Assembly (NCBI RefSeq): GCF_963921235.1
Contig: NC_086108.1
Span: 6,138,001 to 6,202,000 of the forward strand
Direction of reading: 5' to 3'
Length of the DNA stretch: 64,000 bases
From: Mobula hypostoma
Taxonomy: Eukaryota
Below are positions 13,467 through 25,699 of this stretch, piece after piece. The notes beneath the pieces are model-generated. The model had not been told where the DNA came from. It saw nothing but the letters and a program-made list of their open reading frames with translations, and did no database searches. The translations under genes were made by a program, and so were the position numbers. Each line of letters starts with the position of its first letter. Positions within the stretch are counted from its first letter, which is position 1.

Positions 13467-15750
13467 TAGAAACATAGAAACATAGAAAATAGGTGCAGGA
13501 GTAGGCCATTCGGCCCTTCGAGCCTGCACCGCCATTTATTATGATCATGGCTGATCATCCAACTCAGAACCCAGCCTTCCCTCCATACCCCCTGACCCCT
13601 GTAGCCACAAGGGCCATATCTAACTTCCTTTTAAACATAGCTAATGAACTGGCCTCAACAGTTTGCTGTGGCAGAGAATTCCACAGATTCACCACTCTCT
13701 GTGTGAAGAAGTTTTTCCTAACCTCGGTCCTAAAAGGCTTCCCCTCTATCCTCCAACTGTGACCCCTCGTTCTAGACCTCCCCAACATCGGGAACAATCT
13801 TCCCGCATCTAGCCTGTCCAATCCCTTTAGGATCTTATACGTTTCAATCAGATCCCCCCTCAATCTTCTAAATTCCAACGAGTACAAGCCCAGTTCATCC
13901 AGTCTTTCTTCATATGAAAGACCTGCCATCCCAGGAATCAATCTGGTGAACCTTCTTTGTACTCCCTCTATGGCAAAGATGTCTCTCCTCAGATTAGGGG
14001 ACCAAAACTGCACACAATACTCCAGGTGTGGTCTCACCAAGGCCTTGTACAACTGCAGTAGTACCTCCCTGCTCCTGTACTCGAATCCTCTCGCTATAAA
14101 TGCCAGCATACCATTCGCCTTTTTCACCGCCTGCTGTACCTGCATGCCCACTTTCAATGACTGGTGTATAATGACACCCAGGTCTCGTTGCACCTCCCCT
14201 TTTCCTAATCGGCCACCATTCAGATAATAATCTGTTTTCCTATTTTTGCCACCAAAGTGGATAACTTCACATTTATCCACATTAAATTGCATCTGCCATG
14301 AGTTTGCCCACTCACCCAACCTATCCAAGTCACCCTGCATCCTCTTAGCATCCTCCTCACTGCTAACACTGCCACCCAGCTTCGTGTCATCCGCAAACTT
14401 GGAGATGCTGCATTTAATTCCCTCATCCAAGTCATTAATATATATTGTAAACAACTGGGGTCCCAGCACTGAGCCTTGCGGTACCCCACTAGTCACCGCC
14501 TGCCATTCTGAAAAGGTCCCGTTTATTCCCACTCTTTGCTTCCTGTCTGCTAACCAATTCTCCACCCACACCAATACCTTACCCCCAATACCGTGTGCTT
14601 TAAGTTTGCACACTAATCTCCTGTGTGGGACCTTGTCAAAAGCCTTTTGAAAATCCAAATATACCACATCCACTGGTTCTCCCCTATCCACTCTACTAGT
14701 TACATCCTCAAAAAATTCTATGAGATTCGTCAGACATGATTTTCCTTTCACAAATCCATGCTGACTTTGTCCGATCATTTCACCGCTTTCCAAATGTGCT
14801 GTTATCACATCCTTGATAACTGACTCCAGCAGTTTCCCCACCACCGACGTTAGGCTAACCGGCCTATAATTCCCCGGTTTCTCTCTCCCTCCTTTTTTAA
14901 AAAGTGGGGTTACATTAGCCACCCTCCAATCCTCAGGAACTAGTCCAGAATCTAACGAGTTTTGAAAAATTATCACTAATGCATCCACTATTTCTTGGGC
15001 CACTTCCTTAAGCACTCTGGGATGCAGACCATCTGGCCCTGGGGATTTATCTGCCTTCAATCCCTTCAATTTACCTAACACCACTTCCCTACTAACATGT
15101 ATTTCGCTCAGTTCCTCCATCTCACTGGACCCTCTGTCCCTTACTATTTCTGGAAGATTATTTATGTCCTCCTTAGTGAAGACAGAACCAAAGTAATTAT
15201 TCAATTGGTCTGCCATGTCCTTGCTCCCCATAATCAATTCACCTGTTTCTGTTTGCAGGGGACCTACATTTGTCTTTATCAGTCTTTTCCTTTTTACATA
15301 TCTATAAAAGCTTTTACAGTCCGTTTTTATGTTCTCTGCCAGTTTTCTCTCATAATCTTTTTTCCCCTTCCTGATTAAGCCCTTTGTCCTCCTCTGCTGA
15401 ACTCTGAATTTCTCCCAGTCCTCAGGTGAGCCACTTTCTCTGGCTAATTTGTATGCTACTTCTTTGGAATTGATACTATCCCTAATTTCTCTTGTCAGCC
15501 ACGGGTGCACTACCTTCCTTGATTTATTCTTTTGCCAAACTGGGATGAACAATTGTTGTAGTTCATCCATGCAACCTTTAAATGCCTGCCATTGCATATC
15601 CACCGTCAATCCTTGAAGTGTCATTTGCCAGTCTATCTTAGCTAATTCACGTCTCATACCTTCAAAGTTACCCCTCTTTAAGTTCAGAACCTTTGTTTCT
15701 GAATTAACTACGTCACTCTCCATGTTAATGAAGAATTCCACCATATTATG
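13467..15750 (-). mobile_element. CR1 family A, copy 2, inserted antisense into copy 1
   Basis: Has its own tail at 13467, 5'-truncated at 15750, TSD GTACA at 13462-13466 and 15751-15755. Confidence 0.95.
13564..15750 (-). CDS. CR1 ORF2, uninterrupted RT-containing portion (endonuclease missing)
   Basis: About 727 open codons with [23 protein letters not shown]. Confidence 0.9.
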   Translation of the reverse strand, partial: HNMVEFFINMESDVVNSETKVLNLKRGNFEGMRRELAKIDWQMTLQGLTVDMQWQAFKGCMDELQQLFIPVWQKNKSRKVVHPWLTREIRDSINSKEVAYKLARESGSPEDWEKFRVQQRRTKGLIRKGKKDYERKLAENIKTDCKSFYRYVKRKRLIKTNVGPLQTETGELIMGSKDMADQLNNYFGSVFTKEDINNLPEIVRDRGSSEMEELSEIHVSREVVLGKLKGLKADKSPGPDGLHPRVLKEVAQEIVDALVIIFQNSLDSGLVPEDWRVANVTPLFKKGGREKPGNYRPVSLTSVVGKLLESVIKDVITAHLESGEMIGQSQHGFVKGKSCLTNLIEFFEDVTSRVDRGEPVDVVYLDFQKAFDKVPHRRLVCKLKAHGIGGKVLVWVENWLADRKQRVGINGTFSEWQAVTSGVPQGSVLGPQLFTIYINDLDEGIKCSISKFADDTKLGGSVSSEEDAKRMQGDLDRLGEWANSWQMQFNVDKCEVIHFGGKNRKTDYYLNGGRLGKGEVQRDLGVIIHQSLKVGMQVQQAVKKANGMLAFIARGFEYRSREVLLQLYKALVRPHLEYCVQFWSPNLRRDIFAIEGVQRRFTRLIPGMAGLSYEERLDELGLYSLEFRRLRGDLIETYKILKGLDRLDAGRLFPMLGRSRTRGHSWRIEGKPFRTEVRKNFFTQRVVNLWNSLPQQTVEASSLAMFKRKLDMALVATGVRGYGGKAGF

Positions 15751-17596
15751 GTACAGGAGCAGGGAGGTACTACTGCAGTTGTACAAGGCCTTGGTGAGAC
15801 CACACCTGTAGTATTGTGTGCAGTTTTGGTCCCCTAATCTGAGGAAAGACATCCTTGCCATAGAGGGAATACAAAGAAGGTTCACCAGATTGATTCCTGG
15901 GATGGCAGGACTTTCATATGAAGAAAGACTGGATGAACTGGGCTTGTACTCGTTGGAATTTAGAAGATTGAGGGGGGATCTGATTGAAACGTATAAGATC
16001 CTAAAAGGGATTGGACAGGCTAGATGTGGGAAGATTGTTCCCGATGTTGGGGAAGTCCAGAAAGAGGGGCCACAGTTTGAGGATAGAGGGGAAGCCTTTT
16101 AGGACCGAGATTAGGAAAAACTTCTTCACACAGAGAGTGGTGAATCTGTGGAATTCTCTGCCACAGGAAACAGTTGAGGCCAGTTCATTGGCTATATTTA
16201 AGAGGGAGTTAGATATGGCCCTTGTGGCTACGGGGGTCAGGGGGTATGGAGGGAAGGCTGGGGCGGGGTTCTGAGTTGGAGGATCAGCCATGATCATAAT
16301 AAATGGTGATGCAGGCTCGAAGGGCCGAATGGCCTACTCCTGCACCTATTTTCTATGTTTCTATGAAACAGGCCATCTCGGCCCTTCTGGTCCATACCGA
16401 CTGCTTACTCTCACCTAGTCCCACCAACCTGCACTCAGCCCATAACCCTCCATTCCCTTCCTGTCCATATACCTATTCAATTTTTCTTTAAAAGACAATA
16501 TCGAACCTGCCTCTACCACATCTACTGGAAGCTCGTTCCACACAGCCACCACTCTGAGTAAAGATGTTCCCCCTCATGTTACCCCTAAACTTTTGCCTCC
16601 TAACTCTCAACTCGGGGCCTCTTGTTTGAATCTCCCCTTCTCTCAATGGAAAAAGCCTATCCACATCAACTCTATCAATCCCCCTCATAATTTTAAATAC
16701 CTCTATCAAGTCCCCCCTCAACCTTCTACGCTCCAAAGAATAAAGACCTAACTTGTTCAACCTTTCTCTGTAACTCAGGTGCTGCAACCCAGGTAACATT
16801 CTAGTAAATCTTCTCTGTACTCTCTCTATTTTGTTGACATTTTTCCTATAATTCGGTGACCAGAACTGTACCCAATACTCCAAATTTGGCCTTACCAATG
16901 CCTTGTATAATTTTAACATTACATCCCAACTCTTATACTCAATGCTCTGATTTATAAAGGCCAGCATACCAAAAGCTTTCTTCACCACCCTATCCACATG
17001 AGATTCCACCTTCAGGGAACTATGCACCATTATTCCTAGATCTGTCTGTTCTACTGCATTCTTCAATACCCTACCATTTACCATGTATGTCCTATTTTGA
17101 TTAGTCCTACCAAAATGTAGCACCTTACATTTTTCAGCATTAAACTCCATCTGCCATCTTTCAGCCCACTCTTCTGACTGGCCTAAGTCTCTCTGAAAGC
17201 TTTGAAAACCTGCTTCATTATCCACAACGCCACCTATCTTAGTATCATCTTCATACTTACTAATCCAATTTACCACCCCATCATCCAGATCATTAATGTA
17301 TATAACAAACAACATTGGACCCAGTACAGATCCATGAGGCACTAGTCACTGGCCTCCAACCTGACAAACAGTTATCCACCACTACTCTTTGGTGTCTCCC
17401 ATCCAGCCACTGTTGAATCCATTTTACTACTTCAATATTAATACCTAACGATTGAACCTTCCTAACTAACCTTCCATGTGGAACCTTGTCAAAGGCCTTA
17501 CTGAAGTCCATTTAGACAACATCCACTGCTTTACCCTCGTCAACTTTCCTGGTAACCTCTTCAAAAAATTCAATAAGATTTGTCAAATATGATCTT

Positions 17597-19845
17597 ATGA
17601 GCGTGACATAGTTAATTCAGAAACAAAGGTTCTGAATTAAAGAGGGGTAACTTTGAAGGTATGAGACGTGATTTAGCTAAGACAGACTGGCAAATGACAC
17701 TTAAAGGATTGACGGTGGATATGCAATGGCAAGCATTTAAAGATTGCATGGATGAACTACAACAATTGTTCATCCCAGTTTGGCAAAAAAATAAATCAAG
17801 GAAGGTAGTGAACCCGTGGCTGACAAGAGAAATTAGGGATAGTATCAATTCCAAAGAAGTAGCATACAAATTAGCCAGAAAAAGTGGCTCTCCTGAGGAC
17901 TGGGAGAAATTCAGAGTTCAGCAGAGGAGGACAAAGGGCTTAATTAGGAAGGGGAAAAAGATTATGAGAGAAAACTGGCAGGGAACATAAAAACTGACTG
18001 TAAAAGCTTTTATAGATATGTAAAAAGGAAAAGACTGGTAAAGACAAATGTAGGTCCCCTGCAGACAGAAACAGGTGAATTGATTATGGGGAGCAAGGAC
18101 ATGGCAAACCAATTGAATAATTACTTTGATTCCGTCTTCACTAAGGAGGACATAAATATTCTTCCAGAAATAGTAGGGGACAGAGGGTCCAGTGAGATGG
18201 AGGAACTGAGCGAAATACATGTTAGTAGGGAAGCGGTGTTAGGTAAATTGAAGGGATTAAAGGCAGATAAATCCCCAGGGCCAGATGGTCTGTATCCGAG
18301 AGTGCTTAAGGAAGTAGCCCAAGAAATAGTGGATGCATTAGTGATAATTTTTCAAAACTCGTTAGATTCTGGACTAGTTCCTGAGGATTGGAGGGTGGCT
18401 AATGTAACCCCACTTTTTTAAAAAAGGGAGGGAGAGAGAAACCGGGGAATTATAGACCGGTTAGCCTAATGTCGGTGGTGGGGAAACTGCTGGAGTCAGT
18501 TATCAAAGATGTGATAACAGCACATTTGGAAAGCGGTGAAATCATCGGACAAACTCAGCATGGATTTGTGAAAGGAAAATCATGTCTGACAAAACTCAGA
18601 ATTTTTTGAGGATGTAACTAGTAGAGTGGATAGGGGAGAACCAGTGGATGTGGTATATTTGGATTTTCAAAAGGCTTTTGACAAGGTCCCATCCAGGAGA
18701 TTAGTGTGCAAACTTAAAGCACACGGTATTGGGGGTAAGGTATTGATGTGGATAGAGAATTGGTTAGCAGACAGGAAGCAAAGAGTGGGAATAAACGGGA
18801 CCTTTTCAGAATGGCAGGCAGTGACTAGTGGGGTACCGCAAGGCTCAGTGCTGGGACCCCAGTTGTTTACAATATATATTAATGACTTGGATGAGGGAAT
18901 TAAATGCAGCATCTCCAAGTTTGCGGATGACACTAAGCTGGGCGGCAGTGTTAGCTGTGAGGAGGATGCTAAGGGGATGCAGGGTGACTTGGATAGGTTG
19001 GGTGAGTGGGCAAATTCATGACAGATGCAATTTAATGTGGATAAATGTGAAGTTATCCACTTTGGTGGCAAAAATAGGAAAACAGATTATTATCTGAATG
19101 GTGGCCGATTAGGAAAAGGGGAGGTGCATCGAGACCTGGGTGTCATTATACACCAGTCATTGAAAGTGGGCATGCAGGTACAGCAGGCGGTGAAAAAGGC
19201 AAATGGTATGCTGGCATTTATAGCGAGACGATTCAAGTACAGGAGCAGGGAGGTACTACTGCAGTTGTACAAGGCCTTGGTGAGACCACACCTGGAGTAT
19301 TGTGTGCAGTTTTGGTCCCCTAATCTGAGGAAAGACATCCTTGCCATAGAGGGAGTACAAAGATGGTTCACCAGATTGATTCCTGGGATGGCAGGACTTT
19401 CATATGAAGAAAGACTGGATGAACTGGGCTTGTACTCGTTGAGATTTAGAAGATTGAGGGGGGGATCTGATTGAAACGTATAAAATCCTGAAGGGATTGG
19501 ACAGGCTAGATGCAGGAAGATTGTTCCCGATGTTGGGGAAGTCCAGAACGGGGGGTCACAGTTTGAGGATAAGGGGGAAGCCTTTTAGGACTGAGATTAG
19601 GAAAAACTTCTTCACACAGAGAGTGGTGAATCTGTGGAATTCTCTGCCACAGGAAACAGTTGAGGCCAGTTCATTGGCTATATTTAAGAGGGAGTTAGAT
19701 ATGGCCCATGTGGCTACTGGGATCGGGGGGTATGGAGGGAAGGCTGGTGCAGGGTTCTGAGTTGGATGATCAGCCATGATCATAATAAATGGCGGTGCAG
19801 ACTCGAAGGGCCGAATGGCCTACTCCTACACCTATTTTTTATGTT
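17597..19845 (+). mobile_element. CR1 family A, copy 3, in ORF2 of family B
   Basis: Near-identical to copies 1 and 2; host rejoins as gatctt|ccacgcac. Confidence 0.95.
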
Positions 19846-20863
19846 TCCACGCACAAATCCATGTTGACTGTACCTAATCGGACCCTGTCTATCCAGATAA
19901 TTATATATACCATCTCTAAGAATACTTTTCATTAAGTTACCTACCACTGACGTCAAACTCACAGGCCGATAATTGCTAGGTTTACTCTTAGAACCCTTTT
20001 TAAACAATGGAACAACGTGAGCAATAAGACAATCCTTCGGCACCATCCCCGTTTCTAATGACATTTGAAATATTTCTGTCAGAGCTCCTGCTATTTCCAC
20101 ACTAACTTCCTTCAAGGTCCTAGGGAATATTCTGTCAGGACCCGGAGACTTACCCACTTTTATATTCCTTAAAAGCTCCAGTCCTTCCTGTTCTTTAATT
20201 GTCATACTTTCCATAACTCCCCTGCTTGTTTCCCTTGCTTACACAATTCAATACTCTTCTCTTTAGTGAATACCAAAGAAAAATTGTTCAAAATCTCCCC
20301 CATCTCTTTTGGCTCCACAAATAGCTGTCCACTCTGATTCTCTAAGCGACCAATTTTATCCCTCCCTATCCTTTTGCTATTAATATAACTGTAGAAACTC
20401 TGAATTTATTTTCACCTTACTTGCCAAAGCAACCTCATATCTTCTTTTAGCATTTCTAATTTCTTAAGATTCTTTTTACATTCTTTATATTCCTCGAGAA
20501 CCTCATTTACTCCATGCTGCCTATATTTATTGTAGATATCTCTCTTTTTCCAAACCAAGTTTCCAATCTCTCTTGAAAACCATGGCTCTCTCAAACTTTT
20601 AACCTTTCCTTTCAACCTAACAGGAACATAAAGATTCTGTACCCTCAAAATTTCACCTTTAAATGACCTCCATTTCTCTATAACACCCTTCCCATAAAAC
20701 AAATTGTCCCAGTCCACTCCTTCTAAATCCTTTCGCGCCTCCTCATAGTTAGCCTTTCTCCAATCAAAACTCTCAACCCTGGGTCCAGTCCTATCCTTCT
20801 CCATAATTATATTGAAACTAATAACACTGTGATCACTGGACCCGAAGTGCTCCCCAACAGATA

Positions 20864-20983
20864 ACTCTGTTTCTGAATGCACTGCCCTCCACTGGTCCTG
20901 ACAAAGGGTTCCAGCCCAAAACTTCGACCGATCTTTTCCACGGATGCTGCCCGACCTGCTGAGTTCCTCCAGCGTGTTGTAAG
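20864..20983 (+). mobile_element. Short Penelope-like terminal-repeat insertion
   Basis: 120 bp between AGATA duplications; decayed hammerhead motif at 20893-20930. Confidence 0.8.
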
Positions 20984-23900
20984 AGATACCTCCATCACCT
21001 GACCTATCTCATTCCCTAACAGGGGATCCAGCACTACCCTTTCTCTAGTTGGTACCTCTATGTATTGCTGCAAAAAAGTATCCTGCACGCATTTTACAAA
21101 CTCCAAAGCATCCAGCCCTTTTACAGTATGGGCTTCCCAGTCTATGTGTGGAAAATTAAAATCTCCCACAATCACAACCTTGTGCTTACTACAAATATCT
21201 GCTATCTCCTTACAAATTTGCTCCTCCAATTCTCGTTCCCCATTAGATGGTCTATAATACACCCTTATAAGTTTTACTACACCTTTCCCATTCCTCAATT
21301 CCACCCAAATAGCCTCCCTGGACGAGCCCTCTAATCTATCCTGCCAGAGCACCGTTGTAGTATTTTCTCTGAGAAGTAATGCAACACCTCCCCCTCTTGT
21401 CCCTCCGATTCTATCACACCTGAAGCAACGAAATCCAGGAATATTTAGTTGCCAATCACATCTCTCCTGCAACCATGTTTCACTAATAGCTACACCATCA
21501 TACTTCCAGGTGTCAATCCATGCTCTAAGCTCTTCCACCTTTCTTACAATGCTCTTAGCATTAAAATAAATGCATTTAAGAAATTTTCCACATCTTACTC
21601 TGTTTGTCACTAACAGTGCAAACAACTCTACTATCTTCTTTTTCTTCCTTCTCCCCTACATCTGTTCCTCCACTCTGGTTCCCCTCCCCCCTTATATCTA
21701 GTTTAAATCCACTGGAACCTCGCTGTCAAACCTATCTGCAAGAATATTTGTCCCCCTCCAGTTCAGATGTAAACCATCCCTCCAGAACAGGTCCCACTTT
21801 CTCTGGAAAACTGCCCAATTATCTATAAATCTGAAGCTCTCCTTCCTGCACCATGTCTTCAGCCATATGTTGATCTGGTCTATCTTACTATTTCTAAACC
21901 CGCCTGCACGTGGTACTGGTAGCAATCCTGAGATTGCTATCCTGAAGGTCCTATCCTTTAGCTTGGCACCTAACTCCCTAAACCCACCTTTCAGGACCTT
22001 CTCACTCTTCCTACCCACATCATTGGTCCCTACAAGGACCACGATATCTGGCTGCTCACCCTCCCTCTTGAGAATACTGAGAACTCGATCCGAGATATTG
22101 AGGACCTTGGCACCAGGGAGGCAACAGACCATCCGGGATTCTCAAACTCTTCCACAGAACCTCTTATCTGTCCCCCTAACTATCAAATCCCCTATCACTA
22201 CTGCTCTCCTCTTTTCCCTCCTTCCACTCTGAGCTGAGGGTCCAGCCTCGGTGTCAGAGACGCAACCACTGCAACTTGTCCCTGGTAGGTCGTCCCCATC
22301 AACAGTATCCAAAATAATATACTTATTATTGGTGGGAACAGCCACACAGGGGTGCTCTGCTCATTCTGTTTATTCCCCTTCCCTCTCCTGACAGTCACCC
22401 AGCTAACTGCCTCCCGACTCTTAAGGGTGACTATCTCCCTGTAACTCCTGTTTATTTCTGCCTCTGCCTCCCGAATGATATGAAGTTCATTCAGCTCCAG
22501 TTCCCTAACTCGGTTTGTCAGGAGCTGCAGCTGGATGCACCTTTTACAGATGTAGTCATCAAGGACAATTGTGCTCGCCCTGACTTCCCACATACTGCAA
22601 ATGGAGCACTCAACTGCCCTAATTGCTGCCTCCATTACCCACTCCTAAGTTAATTTGATTAATTAAAGGAACTTACCTGGCCTTACCTCACTGAGAGCAA
22701 GCTCGTCCTCAGCCTCTGCTCGCCGAAGCCCCTCGAGCCAAAGCCTTCTTACTCTGTCTCCCACTGCTCTGTCGTCCACTCTGTTAATCTGTTCGCTTTT
22801 TAACTCTCCCGCTGCCTCACGGTCCGACTTCCACGCGCTTGCGCAGTCGTGCCCATTCAACTGCCGAAGAATTATAGTTATGGGGGGCTTTAATTTCCCA
22901 AGTATTGAGTGGGAGAGCCCAGTGACTCAAGAATTAGAGGAATGTGAATTCATTGAGTTATTGATTGATTGCTTTTGACCCAATATGTAACTGCACTAAC
23001 AAGGAAAGCCTGTCTAGATTTGATATTCTGTAACAATCATGATAGAATTTTGAGCACAGAAGTCATTGAGCTTTTAAGAACAAGCGATCATAACATTATT
23101 AGTGTTGAAGCTCTGTGTAAAAGTATATCAGTAAAAACCAAAACTATTAAATTGAATTTCAGAAAGGCAAAGTTTGTGCAGATGCAGCAAAGACTTCAGA
23201 AAGTAAACTGGAAAGAAGTGCTTGACATCGAGTCAGTTGAGAAACAATGGGGTCAATTTAAAGAGGTAATACACACAGTGCAGGAAATGTTCCTACCCAA
23301 GACCAGGAGAAGCAATAAAAACAATAGATCAACTACATGGATAATTAAAGATCTACATAAGAATTATTGAAGAAAAGACAGCAATATAAAGAATAAATAA
23401 AAAATAGTAATGAAGTTAACCATAGAGCATTGAAAATATGAAAGCTATAGTAAAGAGGGAAATTCATATTGCCAAAAGGCAGGTTGAGAAGGATATTGTT
23501 GGTAATGCTATGACTGACCCCAAGTGATTTTTTCAATACTTTAATAGTAAAAGAAAAGTCAAGGAGGAGATTAAGTGTATTAAGAATAATAGTAAGGTGA
23601 TAAATTATGCAGAGAAGGGCATAGTGGATACTTTTTGCACATGTTTTGCTGAAGTACTCACCCACAAAAATGTTAATATGCCAATCAGTGTAGAGAAAAG
23701 TAAGGTTGTTTTATGTGACTTAGAGATCTTAGAAAGTGAGGTCCTGCTTCAGCTGAAAAGGCTGAAAGTTAATAAACCTCCAGGGCCATCCAACATATAC
23801 CCAAAGGAACTTAAGGAGGTCTGTGATTATGTATACAAATCCCTAACATATATTTTTTAAAAGTTGGTGAAGACTGGTGAAATCCCCAAGGACTGGAAAT

Positions 23901-24312
23901 GGGTTAACCTTGTCCCAGTATACGAGAAGGGTGACCATACTGACCCTAGTAACTATAGACCTACAGACCCTAGTAAGCTTGATGTCCATCACAGGTAAGA
24001 TAATGGAAACATTAATAAAGAATGAGGTGGAAAAGTAGCTGATAAGAACAGGCATGTTAGCAGACAACCAGCATGGGTTGAGAAAGGCGAAATCATGTTT
24101 TACTAATAAGCTGAAGTTCTATGAGGAAGCAATTAAAAATTTTGATAACAATAGAGTGATTGATATCATTTATTTGGACTTTCAGAAGGCTTTTGACAAC
24201 GTACCTCATGAGAGGTTAATAATCAAATTACAAGAAGCAGAGATTCAGAGTAAGGTGTGTGAATGGGCGCAAAATTGGCTGTAAAACAGAAAACAACGAG
24301 TTAAGGTGAGAG

Positions 24313-24452
24313 CAACACACATAAAAGTTGCTGGTGAACACAGCAGGCCAGGCAGCACCTCCTCCTAGAGATACTGACTGGCCTGCTGCGTTCACCAGCA
24401 ACTTTTGTGTGTGTTGCTTGAATTTCCAGCATCTGCAGAATTCCTGTTGTTT
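24313..24452. mobile_element. Penelope-derived fold-back mini-element
   Basis: Inverted arms of about 46 bp; 15 bp TSD GAGTTAAGGTGAGAG at 24298-24312 and 24453-24467. Confidence 0.85.
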
Positions 24453-25699
24453 GAGTTAAGGTGAGAGGATCATTTTCACACCTAGAAGATGTTAAAAGTG
24501 GGGTTCAGCAGGGAGCAGTTTTGGGGGCTGCTTCTGATTTAATTTGCATTAATGGTATGGATAAGCACATAACAAATAAACTCATTAAGTTTGCAGATGA
24601 CGTAAAATTAAGGAGATGGGCTGAAAACATTCAGGCAGCAGAATCAATACAGTTAGATCTGAACAAAATCCAGATTTGGGCAGATAAATGGCAGATGAAA
24701 GTTGTAAGTAAATGTAAAATATTACATATAGGAAGTAGAAATTTTAGATATAATTATACAATGGGGGTACTTGAGTTAAAAAGTGCTCTGTATGAGAAAG
24801 TTTTGGACGTCCTGGTAGACGCATCACGATCAACATCTAGACAATGCACAGAAGCAATTAGGAAGGCTAATAGATTGTTGGGCTATATAATGCGCTCAGT
24901 GGGGTTTGCATCTAGAAATGTTCTCCTTAAGCTATATAATGTGTTTGTGAGGCCACACCTTGAGTGCTGTATACAGTCTCGGTCTCCCCATTTTGTGAGG
25001 GATGTAAAGGGACTGGAGATAGTTCAGGGAAGGACGACAAGACTCATTCCAGCTCTGCAGGGTATGAGCTATTCAGAAAGATTGAAAGAATTAAATCTTT
25101 TTCGTCTCAGTAGACGTAGAATGAAAGGGGACATGACAGAAGTGTTCATTATCATTAAGATTATGAGTAAGGTGGACAGCAGTCCTGCTGCTACTTCAAA
25201 ATTAACCATCAATGAGGACACAGGGTAACAGGTGGAGACTGGTTAAACGGAGATTTCAGACTAACATCAGGAAACATTTCTTTACACAGCGAGTTGTGGA
25301 CACATAGAACAAACTACCTAGTAGTAGTTGAGAGTAGTACCTTAGAGACTTCCAAATCTAAACTCGATGGTTATTTCAGCACAATATGTGAATAGGAATT
25401 TGGCAAGCTTTGTTGGGCCAAATGGCCTGTTATTGTCAAGAACTTTCTAATGTTCTACAGCAGAGGTTAATACATTCTTGGTTAGTCAGGGCACCAAAGG
25501 TTATGGCGAGAAGGCAAGAGAATGTGGTTCAGAGGGATAATACATCCGTCATGACGGAATGACAGAGCAGACTCGATGGGCTGAATGGCCTGATTCTGCT
25601 CCTATGTCTTGTAGTCTCATTGAAACCTACCGAATATCGAAAGGTCTAGACAGTGATCACATGGAGAGGATGTTACCTATACTGGGAGAGTTTCAGATA

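Larger units (their letters stand above)
10100..16364 (+). mobile_element. CR1 family A, copy 1 (young, 5'-truncated in ORF1)
   Basis: ORF1 esterase (GDSIVRG, IGTND, DGLHLN), ORF2 endonuclease and RT with few lesions, tail (tttctatg)n. Inserted in the 3'UTR of family B. Confidence 0.95.
10071..22870 (-). mobile_element. Full-length CR1 family B, degraded and interrupted three times
   Basis: 5'UTR from 22870; ORF1 with CxxC..CxxC finger and SGNH esterase (22635-21698); ORF2 endonuclease/RT pieces (21625-16488); tail gttatatggttata at 10071; TSD ATTATA at 10065-10070 and 22871-22876. Confidence 0.9.
9333..25457 (+). mobile_element. CR1-clade LINE family D (AT-rich, degraded); own sequence is 9333-10070 plus 22871-25457
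   Basis: Esterase ORF1 remnant, endonuclease start (atgaatgcaagaagtatt), RT motifs YLDFQKAFD and KFADD, tail ttctaatgttcta. Interrupted between two ATTATA copies. Confidence 0.85.

Noticed and set aside
13467..15750. Twin-priming inversion or misassembly as the explanation for the inverted CR1
   Set aside because: The segment has its own tail, a GTACA TSD and private substitutions, and the host copy is complete on both sides.
15751..15885. N-terminal 46 aa of the 773 aa ORF
   Set aside because: Antisense read-through from CR1-A copy 1 across the insertion junction; not a real fusion protein.
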